A stretch of DNA of 63,740 nucleotides, the filler included, from Welwitschia mirabilis (Eukaryota): assembly GCA_051453625.1 (NCBI GenBank). It is 9 parts of one record of this genome, joined end to end, with 100 filler letters (N's around TTAATTAATTAA, not from the genome) between each part and the next. Parts side by side here need not be neighbours in the genome. Positions count along the whole stretch, not along the records: positions 1 to 20,808 come from JBOZIK010000001.1; positions 20,909 to 25,765 come from JBOZIK010000001.1; positions 25,866 to 31,800 come from JBOZIK010000001.1; 6 more parts are not named here. One strand, written 5' to 3'. The first letter of the stretch is position 1. Each line of letters opens with the position of its first letter. The position numbers and the translations under genes were made by a program. Positions 14,701 to 27,069 of the stretch are shown here, piece after piece. The notes under the pieces were generated by a model that saw nothing but the letters and a program-made list of their open reading frames with translations, ran no database searches and was not told the origin of the DNA.

Positions 14701-17504
14701 AGATTATTCATTCTACAAAAAATATAAATTGCTTTTGATGCTTAATAAAATCAATACAGTTAAGGAATTTGATACAGTTAGTTGAAGGGCCTTAGGTACC
14801 ATCCTCAGGAAAATAAAATTTAATGAAGACTTAGTTAATATATGGATGGATATGAAATCCTCAGCTAATCCTTTCCTAGAGATGAATAATAATAGATTAG
14901 AATACATTAAAGTAGGATGAGGTTTAAGATATGGGGATTCTTTATCCCCTTACTTGTTTCTATTTATTATGGATGTGTTATAGGAAATACTATAGAGAAA
15001 CATAGTTAGAGGAATTAAGATTGGTTACTAAACCTTCATAAATAACCACTATGTAGATGATATTATAATCATAAATTAAGCCTTATAATAGCAAATCAAG
15101 GTTATCAAAAACTCAATGAAACCATTTAGTAGAGCCATTATCCTTAAATCCAAGTGAAGCAAAACAAAATCCTATTTAATTAGTAAAAATGTTAGATAAA
15201 GGAGTGATATCATCCAAATTATGAGGGCCAAGAAGGGAGAGATTGATGAACTTTACTTAGAGATTCCTCTAAATAATTGGTATAAAATACAAACTTGGAA
15301 GCATGTTCTTAAAAGAATGCAAAGAAAGTGTAACACTTAAACTAATAGATTTTTATCCTCACAAGCAAAAGTTATCCTAGATAATTCCTACCTCACTTCT
15401 TCCTTTAAATACATGGCATCCATTATTTTCCCTTTTAATCACCTAAGTTTAACACAAAGAAAATTAATATAATTCTTAAAGACTTCATATGATCAATGGG
15501 AAAAGGACTAGAGTAGGATTACCTTACATAAAGGGGACTTCATTACCAATTTCAAATATTTAGGAGGATGGGGTATATAAAGACTAGAAAATTGTTTATT
15601 AATAAGTGCTCATAGAATCATCAAAAAACTATTAAGACGATGAGCTCTTATGAAGTTAATTAATTAGATGTAAATCATACTTATAAAGGCACTTATTTTA
15701 GAAGCATAAAGAGCTTTATAGATTACAAATTACAAAGGAAGATATCGAAAAAAGTCATACTAGTTAAAAAATATGATAATTTGCAAGGGGAAGATAATTT
15801 TTAAAAAGGCTTAATATTTTATAAAATGAATATTTTCTTCTAGTTTAAACATCATGAAAAATTCTAACTAGAAATAACTTAATCAAAAGAGGGATGTCAG
15901 TCTATCCTCAATTGCTTCACATGTCAATTTACATCAAAGTCTAATAGATACTTATTTAATGAGTATACTTAAAGTATGTAACTCACTATCATAATAAAAA
16001 GTTATTATAAATTAAGAAGGAAGTATGGTCTTTGATAAAAGAAGAGATTATGCATAACCTCATGGTAGATATGGAGGGTTCAAAATTACATGATATTTAA
16101 TAATGCATTCCTACCACTTCTAATATATTTAGCTAAAAACCTAAAATGGCACTTGTCTAGAATGAGAGGTACCTAAAGATATAGATCAATGTGTAAGTAA
16201 CAAGATGGGAAATTATTCTTCACAAGCTAAATAAAGAGTTAGAGGTGGACATCACCCCTTTCTATAAAAGATGGAAAAGTAATTCTATCAAGTTAAAAAG
16301 AACATAAACAGAGCTCATAGAAGAAGTCCTAGCCAAGTACTTAAAGGTCTCAATTAAAGGGGAGAAGATTCCCTCAAGGCTAAGATGAAAAGAAAAGCCT
16401 AATATTTCTTCTCAAATAACATTTAAAAGATGTCTATGGTTACATCTACAGAAACACCCTTTTACTCCCTTAAGGAATGGAGATGAAATGGGTGAATAGG
16501 TGGATTGTGCTATCAAGCTACATTTCAAAATTGATAGGAATTCATTTTACATTTCTAAAGGCTTTAGATTTGAGATGCAGAATCAATGTCTTGCATTATT
16601 TTCTCTATGTGCTTAGAAAAAAATACAATTCCAAATACTCCATCCTTATCATGGCCATTTTAAGGGTAGTTAAAGTAAGGTAAGAAATCCTATAAGATCC
16701 CTCGATGTAGTAGAGGAGAAAAGGATAGAAGACCTCCCTCAAAGAAGTAGAAGAAATACTCCAAGAAGATATAGAATAGTATGAATCGAGATGGGACTAG
16801 TGGATCAAATCTAGCTTTGTCCTTTAAGGAGTAAAAAATAATGAATACATATCAAAGCGCTAAAAGAAAGGGAAGGTGTCAACTAAAGCCTAAAAAAATG
16901 GAATATATATAAAGGGAAAAATATAGAGAACAAAAAGAAAAAGAAGCACAATAAAGCCAAGGTAAGGCTTAGTCAAAGTTAGGCTAAGAAATTGAAGTAG
17001 AGAAGTTGGACTAAGAGGAGATCAGAAGCTTAGTTCTTTTTATGATTATTAATGGGATATAAAAATGCCATTTTTATTATGCTAGGAGTTAGCCACAGAA
17101 GTTACTTAAGCATCATTAAAATAATTTATAGAAAGAATGCCATCAAAATCCACCTTGATATAGGTTCTAATGGAGACAAAGCCTTTAAAGAAATTAAGCT
17201 AGCCTTCAGGGTCCTAAGAGATAAGCTCGGAAGAAGATTAATTTATATACACCATTGGAACCTCTTCTTAAGATATAGTGGATTTTAATGTCTATTTCCA
17301 TGTTCCTAGTATTTCTAGTTTTGATAGTGGAGATCATGATTTTTCTTAATGCTACATAATTCTTCATAGACTATAGCTTTATTTTTTAATATTTGTAGTG
17401 CTAACAGTTTAGTTCCTTTATAAGGAGGTGGTTCTATCTAGTCCTATATAGTACCATTTATAAATTAATAGAAATTTTGAATTGGACTTTAGTTTTAAAA
17501 AAAA
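11741..17504 (+). mobile_element. Full-length degenerate L1 LINE (ORF1 DUF4283 + zinc knuckle; ORF2 endonuclease-RT), A-tailed
   Basis: ORF1: LIGKF (~12045), IWIRIPKFPIEL* (~12305-12342), KYENLLMICGLC (~12527-12562). Endonuclease: S*NIRDL (~13060), ETK, SKIER, SNRRPI. RT: LGPD, DYRLITICN, KEFDTVS*, GLRYGDSLSPYLF (~14921-14960), YVDDI (~15049), YLEIP (~15254), GGWGI. A8 tail at 17497-17504; candidate TSD CTAGTTAAGT (11731-11740) / CTATTTAAAT (17505-17514). Confidence 0.9.
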
Positions 17505-17950
17505 CTATTTAAATAAGTTTTTAAATGCTACTTAATAAAATTATATATTAACATAAAAATAAAAAATGTTATCTAGTATAATATCTATTGAAAAGTTTAG
17601 ACATTATATCTTAGAATATAAAGTTAAAATCCACATTGATCATAGTGCTAAAGGATTTGTACTAAATAAGAAAGAGATAAGTTCTAGGACTAATGTAATA
17701 ATTTAACTTAAAAATAATTGATAGAAAAGGGGTATATAACATAGTGGAGTGTCATTTATTCAAATCATAAGTTCCTCAAAATAATGAGTTCCAAAATAGT
17801 AAGAGTAAATTTCCTAATGAATATCAATTAAAAATTTTAAGAAATTCCATGGTTTACGAGTATAGCTAATTTTTCAGTAAGTAGATACTATCTAATATAA
17901 CTTAATATGAAAAGAAAAGACTTATAAGAGAAGTAAGTAATTACATATAA
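17505..17950 (+). mobile_element. Continuation of the + strand Athila-like gypsy (RNase H to integrase linker)
   Basis: SIEKFRHYILEYKVKIHIDHSA (~17584-17650), IDRKGVYNIVECHL (cf. DRKGxENxVADHL) and PWFTSIANF (cf. PWFADIANY) resume the domain interrupted at 11740. Confidence 0.75.
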
Positions 17951-18732
17951 GATGATAAGATGTCATTTAAAATGTGTAAAGATTACATTATANNNNNNNN
18001 NNNNNNNNNNNNNNNNNNNNNNNNNNNNNNNNNNNNNNNNNNNNNNNNNNNNNNNNNNNNNNNNNNNNNNNNNNNNNNNNNNNNNNNNNNNNATAATAGA
18101 AGTAAGTAATTACATATGAGATGATAAGATGTCATTTAAAATGTGTAAATATTACATTATAATAAGGCGTAAAAGAAAAAGTTCTAGTTAGAAATTTTAA
18201 AGAAAGCACGTGAAAATAAAAGAGATGAACATTATGCATTAATAGGTTAATATAATTGACTTAAATAAATATTAACTTGGTAATGAAATACAAAATGACA
18301 TTTTTTTATATCAAAAAGATGAAGCTATCACATTTAAAAGATGTAACCTGTTTTACTAGCAAATACTATGAAGAGAAAGAGTATTCATTCTAATAATAAA
18401 TGAATACTATTTAAAAAAACATTTATAAAGTTAGAAGAAGTGTGATGAAACATTTTATATAGGTGGTTTGCCATGAATCACCTATCTAACAACATGGTTT
18501 AAATAATTTTGATAATGATTTAATTATTATTATACATTAATAAATATCTTAAATATTATAAAGTTTAGTTCCTTTTTTCCTATTCATGAAATAATTAAAA
18601 ATTTTTACATGTAACTCTAAAACTTATAATCATAAATCACTTCTACTTTAAATCATAAATATAATAGTAAAAACTTTCACACTCCAACTTCTATCGTGAT
18701 ATCAAGGCACTTTTGTACTTTACTTTCTAACA

Positions 18733-18744
18733 TGGTATCAAAGC
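18733..18744 (+). promoter_or_regulatory. Primer binding site (tRNA-iMet) after an LTR end, from a decayed LTR element at ~18.1-19.6 kb
   Basis: ...TTCTAACA is followed directly by TGGTATCAAAGC. The downstream sequence is too decayed to translate reliably. Confidence 0.55.
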
Positions 18745-20808
18745 TGATGGTTTATGTCCTAATATGTAGCAATCAAAATAAAATCAAACATTAAACTTTT
18801 AGTTTGTTAAAGATAAATTCAATAAAGTCCTAAGCTTAGAAGCTAATGGTTTCATCTTAAAATAAGTAAGCAGTAATAGAAAAGAAGTTTGCTAATAAAA
18901 CTTCAAAAGTTGCAATGGTAGTTTTGACTTCTTGTAAAGTAAAGTAAATTAGTTTATTTTATTAACTAAAATTTGGTAATTAAGACTTTAATTTATGATG
19001 GAAGTTATGATTTAAATTGACATCATAACAATATATTTAAATTTGTAAAAGTATAATCAAGAAAGAAGGAAGGTCATTTTTATGTAATACTTAAGCATCA
19101 AAGTTGTAGAAGACAAAATAAATAGTCCAAATAAAACTAGTTCTTATAGCATTTTGTGACTTATTATTTATCAAAAATTGAAGAGGATCCCATTGAAGAT
19201 TAGTACCTTATAGTTCTAATTGATAAAAATAAAGAACCAAACTAGTAGCATTGAGACCAAGATTAATAAGATTAAGAGGGAGATATTTACTTATAAATTA
19301 CCAAAATATCATGACTCATCAAAGGAGAAGAATAGACTTCATATTATAGCCAAGGAACTATGATTCTATATTACAATGAAATAAACTGATTAAATTGGCA
19401 TTAATAGTATATACAAGGCAAGCATTCTAATGATATTTTACAAACATGTACCAAAACACCTAATGGCGAAGACATAAAATTGAAAAGTCAATAACATAGC
19501 CAATACCATGTAATTCCTATGAAATAATGACAAAATTTACTAACTATCAAAATGTTACATTAAGAGACTAAAATAGAGTAAGAAGACATATTTTTTCTCC
19601 ATAATAAAATAAAAAAACCTATTTTTCTTCTTCTTTTTTCTTAAAACACTATTTAAAACAACACAGTAATGATGTTGTCCTAATTGTCTTTTATCCAATA
19701 GATAGTACAATTTTTAAAATTAATATAGCACACTTTGCTAGATTTAATATTAAATAATCTTATTAAATTAAATAAAGATAAATTAATGACCTCTTAAAAA
19801 TATTTTAAAGTCATACAATAAAATATACAAAATGAGTCTATAAAAGGTGTGAGGTAACATGCATTTTATTTTTAGTCTTATTGCAAAGCTAGGTATTACG
19901 AGTTTAAAGCACTATGCTTATTTGTTTATGCATTCTTGCATCGCTATGATGTTGTATCCAATGAGTCTATTATTGGTCTATTAAACTATTTTCTTCCCTA
20001 ATACAATTTTATTATTTAGTATTATGTCTATTTTTCTTTTATTATTTAATGTATAGTTACATTATTAAACCTATAGGAAGTTTTGATGATGATAGTTTAA
20101 AAGAATATGACTAGGATCATTTTAAAACAATTAAAATTTACAGTAATGTAACCCTAAAAAGAATAAACAATAACATTCCATAAAAGTATTAGAAATGAAT
20201 ATTAGATACTAATAAATTGTTCATTAAAAGTATGAAGATAAATAAGTTTGATTGAAATCAGTGTTTTAATTCACACAAAGAATACATGTTAGGTATAGGA
20301 GGTGTTAACATGTTGACTATCATGTGTCATAAGCATCTTAATGCCATGATAATAATAAACAATTATTTAATGGATCTTACATGAATTATATGCACTTGAC
20401 TGATCTTTATAACATGGCATATTCTAGGTCATTTCAAGATAATCACTTACCTTAGTATTAGCTATAACAAAGCAGTAAAATCACTCAATGAAGCATGAGA
20501 GTGAACACTTCAATATAACCTCTATGAAACATAGTACCAAGTTATTTTTCTTAAAGAAAATAAAAACAATATCTTTTAAAAATTTAATACAAAAGAAAAG
20601 TCACTTAATGAAGGATGAAACTCTATTAAATAGGTTTATGCCTTATGCAAGAAGCTTCACCAAATTCAACTCCTAGTACAAGTATAGCCTCTTGAGCCAA
20701 TTAATGAATCTATATAATCTATTAAAGAAGCTATTAAACTACTTTCCATTTATGAATCAACCATTAAAGGAGCTAATTCAAAAGATAATCCAAAAGTTAA
20801 AATGGAAA

Positions 20809-20908
20809 NNNNNNNNNNNNNNNNNNNNNNNNNNNNNNNNNNNNNNNNNNNNTTAATTAATTAANNNNNNNNNNNNNNNNNNNNNNNNNNNNNNNNNNNN
20901 NNNNNNNN
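20809..20908. other. Artificial scaffolding spacer (44N-TTAATTAATTAA-44N), first of eight
   Basis: The identical 12-mer (stops in all six frames) is centred in N runs at 20853, 25810, 31845, 41083, 49537, 53535, 59815 and 62610. Confidence 0.97.
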
Positions 20909-21186
20909 GTATTGGAAAACCAAGATGGCTATTTTCGTTTAGTCCCTGGATTGTGAGATCTGGGAGTCTGTTAAATTAGGATTCATGGATCCTACCAAGA
21001 TCATTGGCAATAAAAATATCCCTAAACCAAGACATGAATGGGATCAGGACAATAAACGAGCTGCACAAATGAATGTAAAAGCAATGAACGCTTTGATATG
21101 TGCATTATCCTCAAAAGAATACAACCGAGTAGTGCAGTGTTTGACAGCGCAAGAAATATGGGAAACCCTGAGAGTTGCTCATGAAG
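20909..21186 (+). mobile_element. Sirevirus/copia gag N-terminal fragment
   Basis: YWKTKMAIFV*SLDCEIWESV...NVKAMNALICALSSKEYNRVVQCLTAQEIWETLRVAHE; homologous to minus-strand 55170-55460. Confidence 0.85.
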
Positions 21187-21712
21187 NNNNNNNNNNNNNN
21201 NNNNNNNNNNNNNNNNNNNNNNNNNNNNNNNNNNNNNNNNNNNNNNNNNNNNNNNNNNNNNNNNNNNNNNNNNNNNNNNNNNNNNNGAATAGGGTTCTAG
21301 TAAATTTGTTACTAGGAGGGACTCTCTTACAAAGTGCCTACTGTTCATTGAGACTTAGAGAGGGTGTTTGGATACATAGAGTAAAACTCACCTTAGAAAT
21401 AAAGGGCAAATGTTGAATACATAGAGTAAAACTCACCTTATTGTTAGGCCTTTTGATATCTCAAGATGATGGATTCTTGGAAGCTTCCCTTGGCAGAGGA
21501 TGCCTTGTTGGTGGTGCTTTCCTTTCCTCCAATCATGGAAGAAGCTAACAGAGGATTTTAGAGAAATCAAGTGGGAAACGAGGTTAAATTTTGAAATTGG
21601 TGCAAGAAAAGTAATAGCTGTTCACCTTTTAGAGTTTGTTGCAATTTGAAAACAGATGGTGGCCTTAACTACTGTTAGTTAACCTTGGTGAAGATGATTA
21701 GACTTGATGGAG

Positions 21713-21714
<2 letters not shown>

Positions 21715-21742
<28 letters not shown>
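21715..21742. repeat. (CA)n microsatellite
   Basis: Direct reading of the sequence. Confidence 0.9.
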
Positions 21743-21747
<5 letters not shown>

Positions 21748-23596
21748 ATATTGTTTTTCTGTGTCTTTGGTCTTCTCTTGGAGCATCATTTCTCCTTCTC
21801 CATTTACCTAGGTTGCCTTTTCATCTTTCATTTAACACCCTTCTTTCTTCCCTATCGGCCAAGTTTGTTTGTCATTTATTCTTCCTTTCAATCTCTTCTT
21901 CTAAGTCTTCTTTTGCTCTACCTTGCAAGCCCCATCCTCTTTCCTCTAAATGGTAGCTCTCTTTTCTTGTTCCTCTTCCTCCTCATTGGTGCCTTGTATT
22001 CCTTTTCTTGCCAGCATTCCTTCTTCCCGATTTCATCTTCTTGTTCTTTATGATTTATGGTGGTGCTTCATTCTTTGCCTTTCAGCCTGATGTTTTCTCT
22101 GCTCTTTTTCCTTGGGTAGGGGCCCCTTTTTGTAGTAAAGCTTTGATTGTAGGGTGGAGCCCCTCTTCACCATTTTTCTTTTCTTTGTTGGGGTGTCTCC
22201 CCCTACTTTCTTTCTTCTCTACCTCATTAGTGGGGTCATTTCTTGTCTTTGCAATATATTTTCCTTTGTCTTAAACCCCTAACAGCATTCTCTTTTCCTT
22301 TATCCCTTTGTTTCTCTTATTCCCATCAATGGGATCCTCTCAACCTTTGGCCTAGTATCAGGGTCTTGCTGCTGTCAAACCTCCTAACAAGGTTTCTTAA
22401 ACCCCTAATGAGGTTCCCTGTTTCTTCACCCCTCACGTGGTTCCCTTTTGCTTAAATTTCTCAATGGGCTTTTCTTTCTTATCCCCTTCAATGAGGCGCT
22501 TCTAGCCTTTTGGTCCCCTAATGGGGTCTTCCTATTGTCCAACCCCCTAACAGGTTTCTGTTTTTGTCCTTTCCTCCAACTCCTTAACAGGGTCCTTTTT
22601 TGCGTGTAGGAAAAGGCCTTCCCAAGCAATGTTCTTGACCCGCTACCCCCTTTTTTTATCACTTGTTTTTAAATCCCTCTTCTTTGAGCAAGGCCCATTT
22701 TGTTGAGGGGCCTCTCTAGGCATGGTGCTTACTTTTTTTCTTTTTCTGTTGTTGACCATAGGTTGAAGAAGGTCTCCTCTTGTTGGCATCTTCCTCGGAT
22801 GGAGTCATTTCCTTTGACTTGTTGGAGGAAGACCTCCCTTAGTCAGGTTCCCTCCCCTTTCTTTCTCTTTCCTGTCCCTTGAGGTTGACCTCTCATTGCC
22901 TTTGAGTGGGCCTTTTATTCCTTGCTTTTTTGGCCATTCATAAGGCTGCCTCTTCTTCCTTTACTTCTGATCGGCTCCACCTTCTTCGCCTCTCTAACAA
23001 GGCCTCTTTTTTTACTGTTTTCTGCTGTTGGGGACCTCTTCTGTTCTTTCCTTTGTGGTGCCTTCCTCATTTCCCTATTGTTCTTTACCCTCTATTTCTT
23101 TAATTCTCTCTTTTCACTTTTTGGAAGGGACTCCATGTGACTCTAGTCCCTTGATCTCAGGCAATCAATGACAATGGATGTGGCAGAACATTGATGGCAA
23201 CTCTAGTGGTGTTCTTTTTCTTCCTCTCGTTCTCTCTTCAGTTAAGATAGCTGATCCCTGAAATTAAGGGGCCTTCTAGGCATTGTAGAATTTTAGTCAA
23301 TCCTTGAAATTAAGTGAGTCTTCTTATAGCTGCAAAATGTTTTGTTCCTAGGATATGCTGTATAAACATTGAGGGCCATCTAATGAGGGTCACACATGGA
23401 GAGGCTAATGAACAAATGTTGTATGAATGCTATAAAAGGACCCTACGATGATGTTGTAATCTTAATTTTGAATGCAGCAAAAACTGGATTTCCCTCTGGC
23501 CCCAACGTCTTTGAGAGGATTGCTTTGGATGTTCAACAGCTGTTCGTTGTGCTTTTTTGAGGGTTTTCTTTCTGTTGCAAGTACTTCTAGGTCCTC

Positions 23597-23981
23597 CTGA
23601 AGAGTTAAACCTGGTATACACAGTTGGAATAAGCCATACGATAAGCATTTCAGTCCCTGCCAGGCTGGCTATCCCTGGGGTCCTATTCTAGGATTGAGGT
23701 TCTTCTCTGTAACGACAACTCTTCAGTTTAAGGTCTGGCATTGCGATGTTGCAGTACCATCATCAGCATCTGATGGAACAGACTCGAGAAGCAAGCATCC
23801 TAAGGAATCACCCATGCTTCTGAAGAGGTAAGTTTGGTATATGCAGGTGGAAGAAGCCATACAATAAGCGTTTAGTCCCTGCCAGGCTGGCTATCCCGAG
23901 GGAAGTATTTTAGGATGGAGTTTCTTCTCTGTAATGACGATCCTTCTTTTAAAGGTGTAGCATTACTATGTTGCAAGACCA
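23597..23981. repeat. Diverged direct duplication (~160 bp units at ~23597-23760 and ~23820-23981)
   Basis: Shared core AAGCCATAC.ATAAGC.TTT.AGTCCCTGCCAGGCTGGCTATCCC, and shared TTCTTCTCTGTAA.GAC and ATGTTGCA..ACCAT. Confidence 0.85.
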
Positions 23982-24789
23982 TGCTTTTGAAATGTGCACC
24001 TTGGGAAGGCTCTCTTGAGGGCTAAAGCTTTTGCTCATAATTTCATTAGACAGCAAGGCCTCCTATGCAGTGTGACCTGCCTCTCAACGTTCACTCTGTT
24101 TGCTTTTCTTTAATTTGAATAAACTCATTTTGAGAGATATCTTTGAGTGCCATAACTCATAACCACATCTGCTCTTGGGCTGTTTTGAGAACAACAGGGC
24201 TACTGCGTACCAAGGAGTTAGGTCTGTTCTTGGACACACATATTCCAGCAAGCCCTCCTAAAACAAGACAGCCTACCCTCAGCCATGTTGTATGTATGTA
24301 TGCATGCTAAAGTTAATCAAAAGCTTTTCTTGAAAGTAAAGTAGTTTTTTGAGTGGCAATCTAGCAAGTCTTTATCAATCTTCCAAGAAGCTTCACCTTT
24401 GTGTTTGAAAAAACTATACTGACACCAAAATGTTTCTTGATCTATGCTCTTGGTTTTGTGTTTCAACTTGTTAGTAATGCATGTGTTGCATTCATGCAAG
24501 TTGTTTGTCATATGAATGCAATCCAGATAGGGGTGACACAATTGAATCTACATGGATTTACCCATATGCTGTGTTTAGTGGTAGTTTGTGTCTAGTCACT
24601 TGGGAAACAACATCTGTGTGTGCAGGATTGATTGTTTCTGGTTATACATCTTTGATCTGGTAAATCATCACTCCATGTAGCAACAAGGGCTTTTTCCTTC
24701 TAATTTTCCTCATGGTCTTTCTTGTTGTTTGGGCGCTCTATTGCCGTGCGACAAAGCCCTCTGCAAGCATATTATTGAATATCTTTTTT

Positions 24790-25160
24790 TTTTTTTTGTA
24801 AAAATGTTTTGGCCTTCTCTGAAGCTCTGTTTTAGCGATGGATCTTCTGGATAAATTACTTGATTCATCACTTCTTTACATTGAAAGAAATCTTTTAAAC
24901 TCGTTGCAAAAGAGCAAGCTTGCCTTCATCTACATCATAAATTTGCTCATTATGATCAAGCTTTTGAATAGACTTGAGAGTCAAACTTCTTGTTCTTTGC
25001 AAAGTTTAGTTCAAAGTTTTGTAGGTTCCCTTGAAGCTCATCTAATCTCACCAAGGAAAGATCCTTGCATTCCTCAATTGTTGTCACTTTTGGATCAAAG
25101 TTTCTATACAAGGATCTTAACACTATATCTAGATTGTTAAACATTCTTGTCAAGACCTTT
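24790..25160 (-). mobile_element. Copia (SIRE-like) gag central fragment (UBN2-type)
   Basis: LRSLYRNFDPKVTTIEECKDLSLVRLDELQGNLQNFE matches the LRSLPxxFxPKVTAIEExKDL...DELxGSL pattern. Confidence 0.85.
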
Positions 25161-25639
25161 CATTGAACATACTATATCTAGATCCACTCAGAATCCCTTC
25201 TTCACATGAAGGACATGGGCTTATATAGTTGTTGGGAAGTGGAAATGGTCAGATACACTACTTGTAACAATGCAACCTTCCTTATTGCTTATTGGTTAGA
25301 ATAATGTTCAAATGAGTCAGATGGGGCATTGCCCTATGGGATACTTGGTTGTTTTAATCCTGTTGTCAGCTAGGCCAAGACAATAGACATATCATCACCC
25401 AAGTGTAGACATTATGAAATAGTGTTTCTATTTAAGGGGCATAATATATGCGTTTAGGGCCATATTGCAAATATTTCTTTTGGTAAAATATATTCTTTGG
25501 CTGTCTAACATATAATTGTGGCCCATAATTTGACATGTCTCCAAAGCTTGGCTCTTAACTCCAAGGTATCATTGCACCAATGGGCTGGGTCATCACAACA
25601 TAGTCCTAAACGCTTTGTGGCACAGTTCAACATGGGCTC

Positions 25640-25765
25640 TGTTAGGATCGTACAATCACCCTAGAGGGGGGGTGAATAGGGTTCTAGTAAATTTCTTACT
25701 AATTTTTGCAATACTATACTTCTAAAACAAACTTAAACAATGAACAGTAAAAACTTAAGCAACAA
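25640..25765 (-). repeat. Sirevirus LTR 3' end (reverse strand)
   Basis: TGTTAGGATC...CCCTAGAGGGGGGTGAATAGGG is the reverse complement of the CCTATTCACCCCCCTCTAGG...AACA terminus. The same motif occurs at 21287, 29541, 50627, 55604 and 58117. Confidence 0.8.
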
Positions 25766-25865
25766 NNNNNNNNNNNNNNNNNNNNNNNNNNNNNNNNNNN
25801 NNNNNNNNNTTAATTAATTAANNNNNNNNNNNNNNNNNNNNNNNNNNNNNNNNNNNNNNNNNNNN

Positions 25866-26948
25866 TAAAGCAAGCTCCTAGAGCTTGATTTGAAAGATTG
25901 AATTCCTTTCTAGTTGAAAATGGATTCAAGAAAGGACATGCTAATCCTAATTTATTTATTAAACATGAAGATAGTGAATTGCTTCTAGCGCAAATCTACG
26001 TAGATGATATGTTCTTTGGTTCTATAAGAACTACTCAAGCCACAAAATTCGCTAAGACGATGCAAAAGGAATTTGAAATGAGTATGGTAGGCGAACTTAA
26101 TTTCTTCCTAGGACTTCAAATTAAACAGATAGAAAATGCAATATTCATTAGTCAAACTAAATATATTCAAGATATTCTGAAGAAATATGACATGATGAGC
26201 TCGAAGGTTATGACAACTCCTCTTTCCACGAACATAAAAGTTAGCAAGGATGACGTTGGAAAGAAAATAGATCAAACCCTCTTTAGAGGAATAATTGGAA
26301 GTTTATTATATGTGACAACCAGTAGACTAGATATAGCTCGTAGTGTAGGCATCTGTGTGAGGCATCAACTAGATCTAAGGGAATCACATCTGATTTGTGT
26401 CAAAATAACCTTGCGGTCTCTAAACACACTCAATATTTTGGTCTTTGGTATCCCTATGACACCTCTATTGATTTAGTATGATATAGTGATGCTGACTAGG
26501 CCGAATGTGCTGATGACAGGAAGAGCACAAGTAGGGCTTGCTTCTACATTGGTAATTGTCTTGTCTCATGTTGAGCAGAAAGCAGAACTCTACTTCCCTG
26601 TCAATTGCTAAGGCTGAATATATCGCTATAGGAGCATGTTGCACCCAACTTCTATGGATGAGACAAATGCTTTCGGATTTTGGTGTAAAACCAAATTTCA
26701 TAAAATTATTCTGTGACAACACAAGTGCAATAAACATCACCAAAAATCCAGTCCAACACTGAAGAAGAAAACACATTGATATTAGACATCATCTCATCAG
26801 AGAGCAAGTGCAAAATAAAATAATCGAACTAGAACATGTGTCAACCCCTGATCAAATTGCTGATGTAATGACTAAAAGCTTATCTGAAGAAAGAGTTACT
26901 TATCTTAGAAGAAATCTAGGCATAAGGCCTTGCCCTTTTCCCAAGTAA
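25866..26948 (+). pseudogene. Sirevirus/copia pol: RT and RNase H (disrupted)
   Basis: KQAPRA*, AQIYVDDMFFG, EFEMSMVGELNFFLGLQIKQ, IIGSLLY, YSDAD*A, SLSIAKAEYIA, LFCDNTSAINITKNPVQH, KHIDIRHH; contains stops and frameshifts. Confidence 0.95.
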
Positions 26949-27069
26949 GTCAGTTTTGATCATTCAGATGTGCTCTCTTGAGAAAATTTACCATTAATGT
27001 GGTTATAATGGTCTTTTTGTGAACTCCTTTCTTTTTCGGGTGTTTTCCTAAATTTGATCTTTCTTGCAC

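Noticed and set aside
20853..20864. Recurrent TTAATTAATTAA palindrome as a biological repeat or CRISPR-like unit
   Set aside because: It is always centred in 44+44 Ns, so it is an assembly linker.
21685..23140. Hydrophobic F/L/S-rich ORFs resembling membrane proteins
   Set aside because: They are a by-product of CT-rich low complexity, overlap in several frames and show no family motif.
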